Assembly: GCA_054600435.1 (NCBI GenBank)
Contig: BAAIJX010000076.1
Coordinates: 1 to 64,000 of the forward strand
Direction: 5' to 3'
Length of the DNA: 64,000 nt
DNA from: Neophaeotheca triangularis
Lineage: Eukaryota
Shown: positions 1-11,845 of the stretch, in pieces
Layout of the letters: each line of letters starts with the position of its first letter
How positions within the stretch are numbered: position 1 is the stretch's first letter
Notes under the pieces: model-generated
What the model was told of the DNA's origin: nothing
What the model saw: the letters and a program-made list of their open reading frames with translations, nothing else
Databases searched by the model: none
Position numbers and translations under genes: made by a program

Positions 1-43
1 TCCACCGGCCCCGGTTTATTCCGCCCATAGGTACCCCGTCTCT

Positions 44-50
44 TATAAAA
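44..50 (+). promoter_or_regulatory. TATA-like box upstream of candidate long ncRNA
   Basis: TATAAAA at 44-50, upstream of the structured non-coding region. Confidence 0.4.
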
Positions 51-70
51 AACTTTCAACCTTTCAACTG

Positions 71-108
71 AAAAAAAAAAACACCCCCCCCCCCCCCCCC
101 CCCCCCCC
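71..108. repeat. A11 run (71-81) and C25 homopolymer (84-108)
   Basis: Seen directly; run lengths may be assembly-dependent. Confidence 0.9.
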
Positions 109-1600
109 TCCTTTTTCCCATTCTTGTGGCGGCGCCACTATCGCAGTACCCTCCACTACTCCATCATCAAGCGCTCTTCCTGGCTCGAACGGCGGTGCGT
201 TGATGCATGCTCATCACCGCCACTCGGCCGCCCTTCCACCCGGCATTCGACGAGAGCTTCAGGTTTGGACGCAAAAGAGATCATGAGATAGATGTACCCA
301 CGGCTCATTAATCATTATCTTTGAATACCGTCTATCGGTACCGGAGCGGTGGTCGTAAACGAGATGTCCCGTGCTTCTTTCCCTTAAAAAGGGCAGGCGC
401 TACCGGCGTTGCAGATACAGCATCGGCGCAGATCTTTCGACGCAGCAGGCGCTACTTCCGGGGAAAGTGACATTATTGCCAGCTCTGTAGGTGACTCCTA
501 GACTTCCGAGAGCGGCGTCGCAATGTCGAGATATCTCCAGATATCTCATTAATGTCAGGCTTGCGGCTTGCCACGCATGCTTCGCCTGCCTCGGGTTATA
601 ACGGCGTTCACTAACCCTTCGACCGGGTGGGTGCTCGCAAGGAAACTTTCCAGTAGGTAGGCTCGTACGGTACGTGTAGATTGATTGTTCATCTCTCACT
701 GCAATGTCTCCCTGTCAGACCTCTGTCATTTCTACGCGTTCCTCATCGCAATCCTTTCCGCCATAATCTCGGATCCCTCTGCTGTGACGCTGGAGAGCAG
801 GGCATGCCATGACAAGCACCGTCACCGACGACAGCAGTGTAGGTCGCCAACGCACGATGGCTTTGGCTTGCTCTAGAGCACGTGTTGGATAAGTCATGCT
901 GTCCGCGTTCGCTGTTTGTCCCCAATGCCTACTGGAGAGCGCTGCGTCCATCGCAAGCTTCTCGTGCTAGATGCTTGACAGGTAGTTCGAGTCGCCTAGA
1001 ACTGTGAGCCCACGCTCCCCACGGCGTCGGCACCACCGGCTAAGGATACCACGCGCCGGCACTTCGGTCAGAAAATGCACTGCTTTGGAGGTATCATACC
1101 GACTTCGTACTCAGAAGGACGGTGTCGACTTGAGTTGCGAATGTACGAACATCGCCTATTAAAAGAAAGGTATGCGATTGGGTTATCCCTGCTAAGATAC
1201 AACACAACCACCGCAATTGGATATAAACCCCCTTGCAAACTCCACAGCAAGCGACAGCTAGATGGCGGAGCAATCTGTAGAAGCAGCGAATGGTTCTATT
1301 GCTTCTTTGGGGGTGGAGGACAGGGGGTGTGGGAGGTAGCTTCGGGGAGTAGAAGGCAGTGGGCAAAACTTTGCCTTCATGGCTTCTTGCTGTGGCGAGG
1401 GACGCCGAAGAATATCGAAGAAGAGCCCGGTCAGCAGACGTGAAAGTGAAAAGGGGCGTGGGGGTCTTTGTTGTTGAGGAAGCTTTTACTGGAAGGGGTT
1501 TCGTGATGCAAGGCTTGCGTTCAGGAGGGAGCGAGGGCCAGATGTATGGTTTGCGAGAAGTACATCGTCCAGCCTCCCTCTCCGCACGACAGCACTTGAT
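80..1600 (+). ncRNA. Candidate telomerase RNA (long structured ncRNA); ends approximate
   Basis: No credible ORF. CTAACCCT (611-618), the complement of 1.3 TTAGGG repeats, is flanked by stems 324-331/601-608 and 621-626/1064-1069. Nested helices, several with G-U pairs: 646-659/926-939, 627-639/1003-1013, 445-451/583-589, 468-475/550-557, 1242-1251/1386-1395. Pseudoknot and P6.1 were not unambiguously located. Confidence 0.5.
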
Positions 1601-1753
1601 TCTTCACCGTCGCCATCGCCGTCCGCGCCTGACGGCCTGAGGCAGACAGTGTAGCGGTTGCTGACTCAACTCACACCGCGCACAGACCCACTGCGCAGAC
1701 ACAAAACTGAGCTGCTCGTCCAGCTCTCTCTCTCTCTTCCTTTCCTTTCTTCT

Positions 1754-1995
1754 CCAGCTCTCTTTGCCTTTTGGCTTAGATCAAATTGTAGTATCTGTTC
1801 TGTAAGTGGCCTATTTAGGAAAGAACGACCTATGATGCAGAGACTGACTCCTTCCTCTTTTAGTTTCAGTTTAATCTCTGAAACGGTCCTACGGGACCTT
1901 CAAGATTATTCTTATTTTTGACACCGGATGGTGAGCTCCTGTGCTTGCGCATGCTCACCGTCACCGTGTTGCTGGTATCGCACCACTTCCAGCTG
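1754..1995 (+). ncRNA. U2: U2 spliceosomal snRNA with a 62-nt spliceosomal intron (1802-1863); ends approximate
   Basis: 5' CTCTTTGCCTTTTGGCTTAGATCAA, then GTAGTA (1788-1793) and TCTGTTCT. After the intron: stem IIa TTTCAG-TTTAATCT-CTGAAA, stem IIb GGTCC-TACG-GGACC, IIc complement AGATTA, Sm site ATTTTTG (1914-1920), stem III, and stem IV GCTGG/CCAGC with TATCGCAC in the loop. Intron is GTAAGT...CTGAC(1844-1848)...TAG. Confidence 0.95.
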
Positions 1996-2287
1996 ACGCG
2001 AAAGACTTTTTTCATCATGCTCTCGCTGCTTAGCGAGGTCTTGGAGAAGAAGTGAAGTCGTGATCATGTCGAGAATATCTGATAGAGTTACGCGTGTACT
2101 CATAGCAAGGGCACCTGTCTTCACAAATCGTAGATATTGGAACGGAAAGCCAATCAAGACGCCCTCGCGATGTTCTTAAAAGGGTGGATTTTCGAAGTTG
2201 TACGCACGACTTCACCCGCGCATGAACATCTAAACTTCACCACTGTATTCTGCATTACCCTCTTACTTGGCAGTGTCGCCCGTACAG

Positions 2288-3892
2288 ATGGCCGAACACC
2301 ACGCAGAATATCTGGAAAAGGGATACAGCAACACCAATGAGCGCTTGTCGGACATGCATCCCCCAGCGCGCAAGAGGCGCAAGTCAAACAGCGGAAGTGA
2401 AACCACGACAGGCAACCTTAGTAGGAGCCATCTCGCAGATTTGAACCAGGCTCGTCTCCTCCACACCATAGCCTCGGGGATAGAAATCCCTATCGAGAAC
2501 GACTGCATCCACGAGTGTGGTCCGACAGCTCTTCACATCATCAAAAATCGCCCAGATGAAGTGCTTCAGCTCGCTCATCAGAAGCTGCACACTTGGCCAT
2601 ACCGAGAGGTACCCGATTGCTGGCGTAGGCTCTACGAAGAAGCGAGTCTTCACAAGGTGTCAAAACTGCTCAAGGCCGCTGCCCTGGTCCCAGACGTGCA
2701 GGGAATGATCTCGCCAGTTTCGTCCACAAGCCCCGAAGGCTCATTGTTCGATCAAACTGTCCACCTGCTCGACATGGCTATTTTTCTCAGTGGTGCTCCT
2801 GGGCGCAAGGCCCTCATCGACTCTGCTTTCGAACAATTGTCCGGATGGTCTCATTACGACGCACGAGATTGTCCATCGCGTGATGGTATAAAATACAAGA
2901 CACCAGATATCCCCAAAATTAAGAGCCCGCATCCCATACAACGCCTTTCTTACTCTCTGGACCTCGAGAGCTTCCAAACCCACCTCGACACCAAGGCAAC
3001 ACCAATAATCATACCAGGACAACTGGAAGCCTGGCCAGCAATGGAGAAGTGGAAAGACCCGCAACACCTACTCGACCTGACCCTCCAAGGCCGCCGTCTA
3101 GTCCCCATAGAAATCGGACGAAGCTACACAGACGAAGGCTGGACCCAGAGCATTGTAAGATTCGGGGACTTCCTCCACGAGCACCTAATCGAAACACCAG
3201 CCGGGCACTCCCCAGCCCTCAAACCCAACAAGAACACCCCTCACAACGAAAACCCGAACAAAGCCCCAAACCACCCCAACCCCGAACCCCCAGAACCAAA
3301 CCCAAACCCAAACCCAAACCCAAACCCCACAGCCTACCTAGCCCAACACGACCTCTTCACCCAACTCCCCACCCTGCACTCCGACATCCTAACCCCAGAC
3401 CTCTGCTACACCGTCCCTCCACCACCAACACACCCGACGCCCGCCACAGCCACGGTGCCAACTCTCGAAGCCCCGCTGCTAAACGCCTGGCTCGGACCCC
3501 CCGGCACCCAAAGCCCGCTGCACACGGACCCCTACCACAACATCCTCGCGCAAGTCGTCGGCTGGAAATTCGTGAGATTGTACGCGCCGGGCGAAGGGGC
3601 CAAATTGTATCCTCGCGGCAAGACGGAGGCGGGGGTGGAGATGGGGAATACGAGTTCGGTGGATGTGAGTGGGGAGGTTGGGAGGGTTTTGGGGAGGGAG
3701 CGGGGTGGAGGGGGGAGAGGGCATGGTGGTGGAGAGGGCGTCGTGGACTCCTCCCAATGGCCGTTGTTTGGGGAGGCGGGGTTTCAGGAGGCTGTTCTTG
3801 GGCCTGGCGAGTGTTTGTATATTCCTGTTGGGTGGTGGCATTATGTTGAGAGTTTGAGCACGAGCTTTAGTGTGAGTTTTTGGTGGAATTGA
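2288..3892 (+). CDS. JmjC-domain protein, JMJD5/KDM8-like
   Basis: Motifs VPIEIGRSYTDEGW, YLAQHDLF, NAWLGP..T.SPLHTDPYHN and LYIPVGWWHYV...SFSVSFWW (HxD...H Fe triad). First ATG at 2288. Confidence 0.9.
   Translation: MAEHHAEYLEKGYSNTNERLSDMHPPARKRRKSNSGSETTTGNLSRSHLADLNQARLLHTIASGIEIPIENDCIHECGPTALHIIKNRPDEVLQLAHQKLHTWPYREVPDCWRRLYEEASLHKVSKLLKAAALVPDVQGMISPVSSTSPEGSLFDQTVHLLDMAIFLSGAPGRKALIDSAFEQLSGWSHYDARDCPSRDGIKYKTPDIPKIKSPHPIQRLSYSLDLESFQTHLDTKATPIIIPGQLEAWPAMEKWKDPQHLLDLTLQGRRLVPIEIGRSYTDEGWTQSIVRFGDFLHEHLIETPAGHSPALKPNKNTPHNENPNKAPNHPNPEPPEPNPNPNPNPNPTAYLAQHDLFTQLPTLHSDILTPDLCYTVPPPPTHPTPATATVPTLEAPLLNAWLGPPGTQSPLHTDPYHNILAQVVGWKFVRLYAPGEGAKLYPRGKTEAGVEMGNTSSVDVSGEVGRVLGRERGGGGRGHGGGEGVVDSSQWPLFGEAGFQEAVLGPGECLYIPVGWWHYVESLSTSFSVSFWWN
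3296..3327 (+). repeat. (CCAAAC)n hexamer repeat encoding (PN)n in the JmjC protein
   Basis: About five tandem units, in frame (PNPNPNPNPNP). Confidence 0.85.
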
Positions 3893-4063
3893 AGGGGGGG
3901 TTTGGAGGGGACGTCTTTCCATGGGAAGGGATGGGTGGTGTTTCAGAGGTGCTCTTTCTGCTTGTTCGCTAGAACGCTTCATTGCTTGTTGTGTTTTGCT
4001 ACGGAAATTTAATATACCCAGTGGTAGAGCTGCCTTGGCGCTCCTTTCTCGCCTTGGTGTTTT

Positions 4064-5459
<1,396 letters not shown>

Positions 5460-5888
5460 GTCGAATTGTTTCCGCTACAGAGGGTTGGTAGAGAAAGGAA
5501 AAGAAACGGTGATGTCGTTTGGTCCAGTGATGGTGTGGTGCTTGAGTACGTCGGCTTTAGCTGGTTTGGACCGAGGTCGTAAAGATCGGGTACCAGCGGC
5601 TGGTCGGACAAGAGGGCCAAAAGTGACATGTGAAAGTGCTTGTCGGATGACAAAATATCATTGTAGAGAGAACAACATCACTCGAGTGATTCAAATTTGC
5701 TAACAACTTCCCAAGCGGGAGAAGTAAGCGTCTGTCTGGCTCTGGGGAGTTTCCTCTCAGGCTAAGAAAGTGGATTGTGTATTTTCAATACAACAGAAGT
5801 GCTGTTCTACCTGTACGCAAGAAAGCAATCGCAACGCCCAACGCCTATTGCTATGCGCATGGCAACGCTTCAAAGAAGCCACTCACGG

Positions 5889-6642
5889 TCAATAGTAAGC
5901 CCCAGGGGTAGGTGCCCTCGGCGGCAAACCAGCCGGCGGACTAGGCCCCCTACTGTCCCTCCTCTTCCCATGCTTCTTCCTGTGCTCCCTCCTTCCCTCT
6001 CTAGGATCTCTCTCCACCCCCCTAACCCTCCTCTGCTCCGCCATTTGCGGCCGCTCCACCGCCTCCCTGCCGAAAACCGGTCGCCTCACCCTCTCATCCT
6101 CTTGCGCAGGGAACTCAACCTCGAGCAGCCCGAAAAAGTAATCCAGCACCTGCGGGTACTTCAAGCAGCTCAAACGCCAGTCCTCATCAATGGCTCTGCG
6201 GAGAGTGGAGTCGGCGTGCGCGAACTGAAGTTGCAAGTGTTGGATTTCGTGGGCCGGGAGCGGCGGCGCGCCGTTGTATTGCGTGTATAGGGAGTAGTAT
6301 GGCAGGCGTTGCAGGTGGGTTTGCCTCTGCTGCAAGCGCATGTCGCGCAGTTGGTTGAAGGTATTGAGAACGGAATTGCGAGCGTGGTTTAGGACCCAGT
6401 CTCTGATTTTGGCGGGAGCGGTTGTCGTTAGTCAGGGTTTCGACAGCGTGGGCCCGCCGGTTGGTGTTGGATAGAAGGCCTACCTACCTGACCTGATTTT
6501 TGTGTCGGTCTGTCCAGCGTTGGTATGCTTGGTCGAGGGCTAGTTCCAGGCTTCGTCCTTCGTGCGGGCATTCCGGGTAGGCAGGTGCGCCGCAAATTGC
6601 ACAGCTGGCTTGCACATCCGGCATCACGGCGTGGTGTGCCAT
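5889..6642 (-). CDS. Hypothetical fungal protein with N-terminal CxxC-x7-CxH motif; intron 6403-6487
   Basis: Exon 1 MAHHAVMPDVQASCAICGAPAYPECPHE... joins via GTAGGT...CTAAC...CAG in frame to DWVLNHAR and the 150-aa ORF. Confidence 0.7.
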
Positions 6643-7949
6643 GACTGTTGTTGTGGTTGATATAGCAGAGAGCGGCGGAACTTGTCGGTGTGGAAGAGGT
6701 CGTCGTCCAGTTTCGCGCGCTTGAGATATATTCTTTCTAGCAAGATCATAATGATGAGGCTCTTATGACGAACGCCTGGCCTCGAGCATGAAGAAGAGGA
6801 AATGGAAGAATAGAGCTAAGCGTGCAAACACAACGCTCACCTTGAAGGCTCATGGCGAAGTGGAAGTCGCTGACCTGTCCAGACGGTCTACTTATTCATT
6901 AGCATCTGTACCGTCGCATGCAGTTGCCAGTCGGCTGGGTTCAACGTCGAGTCTCCCCATTGGGAAGGGTGGTCAGCTGGGTCTGGCTTGCATTTGACGT
7001 GTTTTGCCGATTGGCGAAAGCTCGCGCAGCCTGCAGGCGTGCGTTGTTCGCTGCTGGAAGAAACACCGACTCGGCGAGGTTGGGGGGAAGACAGACGGTT
7101 TAGGAGTTGCTCAACTCACGATGAAGCTTGCTCACGTTCGCATCATGAAGCGCTAGAGGCGTGAAAAGCAGTAGCATGCATTGTATCAGTATCATCATAC
7201 CCTCAATATGGCACACTGAGAGATAACTATGAACTGGCATCCCCACGGCCACCCTGCTTATTTCCATTTCCAACGATCCAGCTTGGTACCCGCGGACTCT
7301 TACACAGCCATGGTCATTACCCCATTGGACATAATAACCGAAAACAATGTTGGTTGGTTCTATATATTCCAAGATTAAGCGACTTCCAGGTTGCTTACGA
7401 GTGTATAGAAGTTTGGGTAAGCGGAGTCCGCCAACCTACCTGAAGAATCCCTTCCATCCAATGTGTACAGTCTCCAGACCAGCTCGGCAAGACACGCTCT
7501 CCGCTACCGTCGAACCATTCGTTTCAGGTTCCTTGTCGCACATTGCATGAACAACAGAACAAAAGCCCTCATTCGCTCTGCTGGGTATGCACATTCTCAA
7601 GCAGCTCCTATTGAGGCTTGCAGATTGCGAACGTGGGGCAGCTTTGATCATCTCGAGTGGATGACTAGACAAAAGCGGTGGGTTTCTGTGAGAATTTTAT
7701 CTACAAGGACAGAATTGCAGAGCGGTATAAGGTATGATGGAGATTTAATCGAGCGCAATTGATGATGAATTGATGCGAGCGCTGCGTTGATCTCGGAGCC
7801 GCGGCGGTCGGAAGTGAGAGTAGCAGGGGCCTTGATGGTAGTAGCCTGAGGTCTACTCCGTACTTCTTCCACGGCCGGGAACTACCTTATCTACAAGGTC
7901 CCTTCGGGCGAGAGGCTCAACACCTAGGCTTCTCGCACTCCCTGCCTAC

Positions 7950-10900
7950 CTACGAAGGCGTCGCCTCCCTAGACGCAGCCCTTCTCGACCAAAACCAGCC
8001 TCCCCCTCCCCCACCCCCAGAACTCCCAGACCCACTGCCTTCAGCCTTCTTGACTGTAATCTCTGGCGTAGGCAAGGGCGAGCCAGCCGTAGGCGTCGAC
8101 CTCCCGCTGCCCTCCCCACTGCCACCACCACCACCGGACAGTAGAACTCCCCCGTCGTCATTCCCTGGCGTCCCCGGCACACTGCTTGCCACTCTCCTAG
8201 CAACCTCGGCATCCATCTCCGCTCGGACTTCAGCGCGAGCTTTCTCCAGCGCGCCTTCGTGCGAGCGTTTGGCGACGGCAAGGTCGCGACGCAGCTGGTC
8301 GACTTCCTGCCGGGCTTCGGCTTCCGAGGTCTTGGCGTTGACGAGTTCAAGGAGCATGGCGTCTTCTGGGGCGGGGGCGTGGGTTTCAGGGTCTTGGAGG
8401 GTGGATGGAGTGGCGAGGGAGGAGGAGCGCGGGGTGAAACCGCTGTTGTTGGTGGTAGGCGGCGGGTTCGACAGGGCCGTTTGGGTGCCCCCGCTAGAGG
8501 GTGGCGAGGGCGAGGTCGGGTCCTGGTAGGTTTGTTGGGCTTGCTGGGTGCGCAGGGGCCGGAGGCTCTGGAGGGAGGAGCTGCTGTCGCGACGGCCGAG
8601 TCTGAGCTCTCGTAGCCCCCCGCCTGACGAGTTGACGATGCTGCCGTTGCGCGTGCGGTCGTTGGTGTCGGTGCGGGCAAGCGAGGGGGCTTCGTTTAGA
8701 CTCTCGGCTCGCGCGAGGCGTTCTTTGCGCTCGACGCTGCGGGCTTGCGCTGTGAGCTCGCGGATAGTGTGTTCGAGCTTTTGCCGGTCTTTGTGGTCGT
8801 CAGCGACGCGGGTCCGGAGCTCTTTCACTTGCTCGCGAAGGTCTTCGGCTTCGTCTTGGAAGGTCTGGGATGTTCTCTCCATGCCATCGAGTTGGGCGAC
8901 TAGATCGCGAGACCTTGCTTCTTCGGTGGCTAATTGTTCGCGCGTACGGGTGATTGTGCTTCGTAGCTGGGCCTTGGTTTCGAAACTCGTCGAGAAGCGA
9001 GCGTTGTTTTGCAAACGTTCGTTCACTCTGTCAACCACACCATCCAGCTCGTCTTGCGTTTCGCTGCTCTGACTACCAGGCCTCTCCCCATCTATGGATC
9101 GAGCGGGGGGCGGCATCGTCCGTCTCTTGTTCTCAGTAAGAGCGACTCTCTCATTCTTGTCCGAGGTTCGCAGCCTCCCAACCAACTGCCTAACAACTCG
9201 GTGATCTTCACTACGATCCTCGCGCTCCATTTGCAGCATTGCGGCCAGTTGGGCATGCTCCCTCTGCATCTCACTAAGGGCAGTGAGCAGGTCCTCGATC
9301 TGCGCATGTAGGTCTTGCTGCTCTTTGACGAAGCCCTGCGACGAAGGCGCCACTGAAGGCGCACGCATGGACTCGGATTTCGACTTCATACTCATAGTTT
9401 CGGCCGCGCTCTCGCGTGCCTGCGCATCTCTCTCCACCTCAGTTGCTGCCGTAGATGCCAGGCTTATAGCACCGGAGCTTGTCGTGCTTTCTCCTGAGCT
9501 GTCGTTTAGCGTGCTGACACTTTGTTTGCTCTGGCTTCGGCGCAAAGTGCTCGCTGGTCTGGCGTCCTTTTCGGCGACGGAAGGGCTCAAAGTGGCCGTA
9601 CTCTTACTTGCGTTGTGGTTGGGCGCCCACAGCCGACCCAGAAACCTCGAAGCTGCAGCCTGCACATCCGGTAGGAAGCCGGCACTGTGGCCTATTGCTT
9701 CGTTTGACTGAGCGTTGAAGTCCCTCTCAAGCTCAGTCAGTCGCTCGTAGGTCACGATACTGCCTAGACTGGTGAAATCGTCCACTAGTTCGTCGGCGTT
9801 GCACGCGTAGACGTCCCAAATGCCGCGGCCGAGCAGCAGCTTCATGACATCTTCGAACTCGGTGCTCTCGAGCATTTGCTTTTCGTTGCGGCGCATGAGC
9901 GCCAGAGCCACGCGCATTATTGTTTCGTTTGCTCCTTCAGCGAAGACCACATTGTATATCCGAAACAGCATGTCCAATGGGCAGGTCGTGGCAAAGCAGG
10001 ATAGGAACCATTGACTCAAATATGCAGGTTCGACGCCGAGCGCCATAAGATGACTGGATAGCTCCGGATGGTGTTGGGATAGTAGCGTAGAGAATTGATA
10101 GATGCGCATGTGGAGACCAGATAGAGAAGGTAGAAATGATGGGCGTAGGGCGTAGTGGTCCATGAGCCTGCGGAACCGTTAGCATCTTCAAGTTGAGTAA
10201 GTCCGATCATGGCTGTGTCTTACCTCACGAGAACGCAGAAAGCCTCCCTCTCGCCCATGTTCATCAGCAAGGGTCCCACCAAAAAGCCCAACCCTTGACA
10301 GTAACCAATGTCCTTGTCGTGGAGTGAAAAGCATTTCAACACCCGCCCTAACATCTTTTGTCCTTCGCCTTCGGCATCCCTGAACAGCTCCACTCCCGGG
10401 AAGGAGCGGCCCACATCCTTATTGATAATGCCTTCGTACGGACTTTTCTCGCCGAGCAAGTTGTCATAAGCTTCCTCCAACCTCTTATCCCGAGCTCCGG
10501 ACATTGAAGTCCAAACGACTCCGCGCAAAGGTTCCGGAACGCCAGCTCTGATCTTCGCGGCCGTCAAAGTAGGTAAGCGAGACGCCGTGGACGGGTAGTT
10601 TTGTACAAGCGCAGCCCAGAAATCAAGTTCTGTCATTGGGGGAAGCTCCGCAGGCAAGCCGGCATCGGCATTCATGCTGTAGCGTATTGATGGCTGATCG
10701 CGGTCCTTGACCATCTTTTTGAGCGCATGTATACTGGGCGGCCTGCTCTGACTACGTGCTCTCGCGGTATGCTTGTTGGCCGCGGACTTGGGATCCGAGG
10801 TCAGCATGGCATTCTCTTGTTCCAGCCTGGCGAGCAAAAACGCAGTGGATTCGTCCTCGCTACCCTCCGGTACTTCTTTGTCTTCCTTCTCTTGCTCTTC

Positions 10901-11845
10901 GTTCTTGTCGAGTTGGGACCAATCCACCTCTCGCGACTCCTCAGAAGACACCGAGTTCCTACGTGGGGTCTGAACACTGCTGACGGTGGTGCTCCTATTG
11001 CCACGTGTGCTGGCAGGACTGTCGACGAGTGCTACGGACCTCGCACTAGAGTTGCTCTTGAAGCTGACCGCCTCGGCTGTCCCATATATTACACTAGAGC
11101 TGTTCCCCTCGTCATCCAGGTCGGGCGATGAGATCCCTGTATCTGGACCTGTTATTGACACGTTCTCTGCGTCCTTTGCGGTGTCAAACATGGTGCTCTG
11201 ACGCTTGGGTTGCCAGGAGTTCTGCAATATCTCAAGGCTACTTGGTCTCCTATTGTGTCCGGTCCGCGCTTTGGGCGTTGTCAAACATTCCTCGACTTGT
11301 TCGGTGGAAAGGTGGTCATAGTCCAGACTTGATTGCGACAAGGCAACAGAAGCCATGCTATCTCGAGTAATGTCCGGTATGCGAGGTGTGGTGGGCGTGA
11401 TAGGCGTTTTTGGTCCCCTTGGTGCGTTCACAGACATGGTTCTGGGCGAAGTCGTGATTGTGGCCGGTCGATGACTGTCGTTCGAGGCGCTTACTGCATG
11501 GGATGAGGCCTGTGGTGACCGATTGGTGCTGCTAGTGTCGGTGTCTTCGATGGTGGACTCAGACGGCGGTGGATAGGGTTGTGATTCCGTTGCAGCGCTG
11601 TTATCCACAAACGCCTTCATGTTCTCCTTTTGCGCTTCGACAACCTCATCATCCCTCTCTTGCACCCCTATCTCCTTTTGTCCCGCCGACTCTTCCAGAG
11701 TATCCACGACTACCGAGCCAGGTGTTTTCTCATCCCGCACCAAGTCTGTGCCATGCATCTTGGGCGACTCCATCGGCGAACTCAGCGAGACGCTTGTCAT
11801 GGACGCCCTGTGCTCCTCTTCTCCTTTCCCAACAGTGTCCCCCAT
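7950..11845 (-). CDS. TBC-domain Rab GTPase-activating protein (Gyp5/EVI5-like) with C-terminal coiled coil; intron 10168-10223
   Basis: GVPEPLRGVVW, IxKDVGRSFP, GYCQGLGF and YLSQWFL motifs. GTAAGA...GCTAAC...CAG joins the two ORFs in frame. Confidence 0.92.

Noticed and set aside
889..894. ATAAGT, the non-canonical 5' splice site used for TER 3'-end cleavage in Neurospora
   Set aside because: It lies inside the arm closed by 646-659/926-939, too early to be the 3' end.
3296..3327. CCCAAA repeats as interstitial telomere
   Set aside because: The unit is not CCCTAA and lies in frame inside the JmjC CDS.
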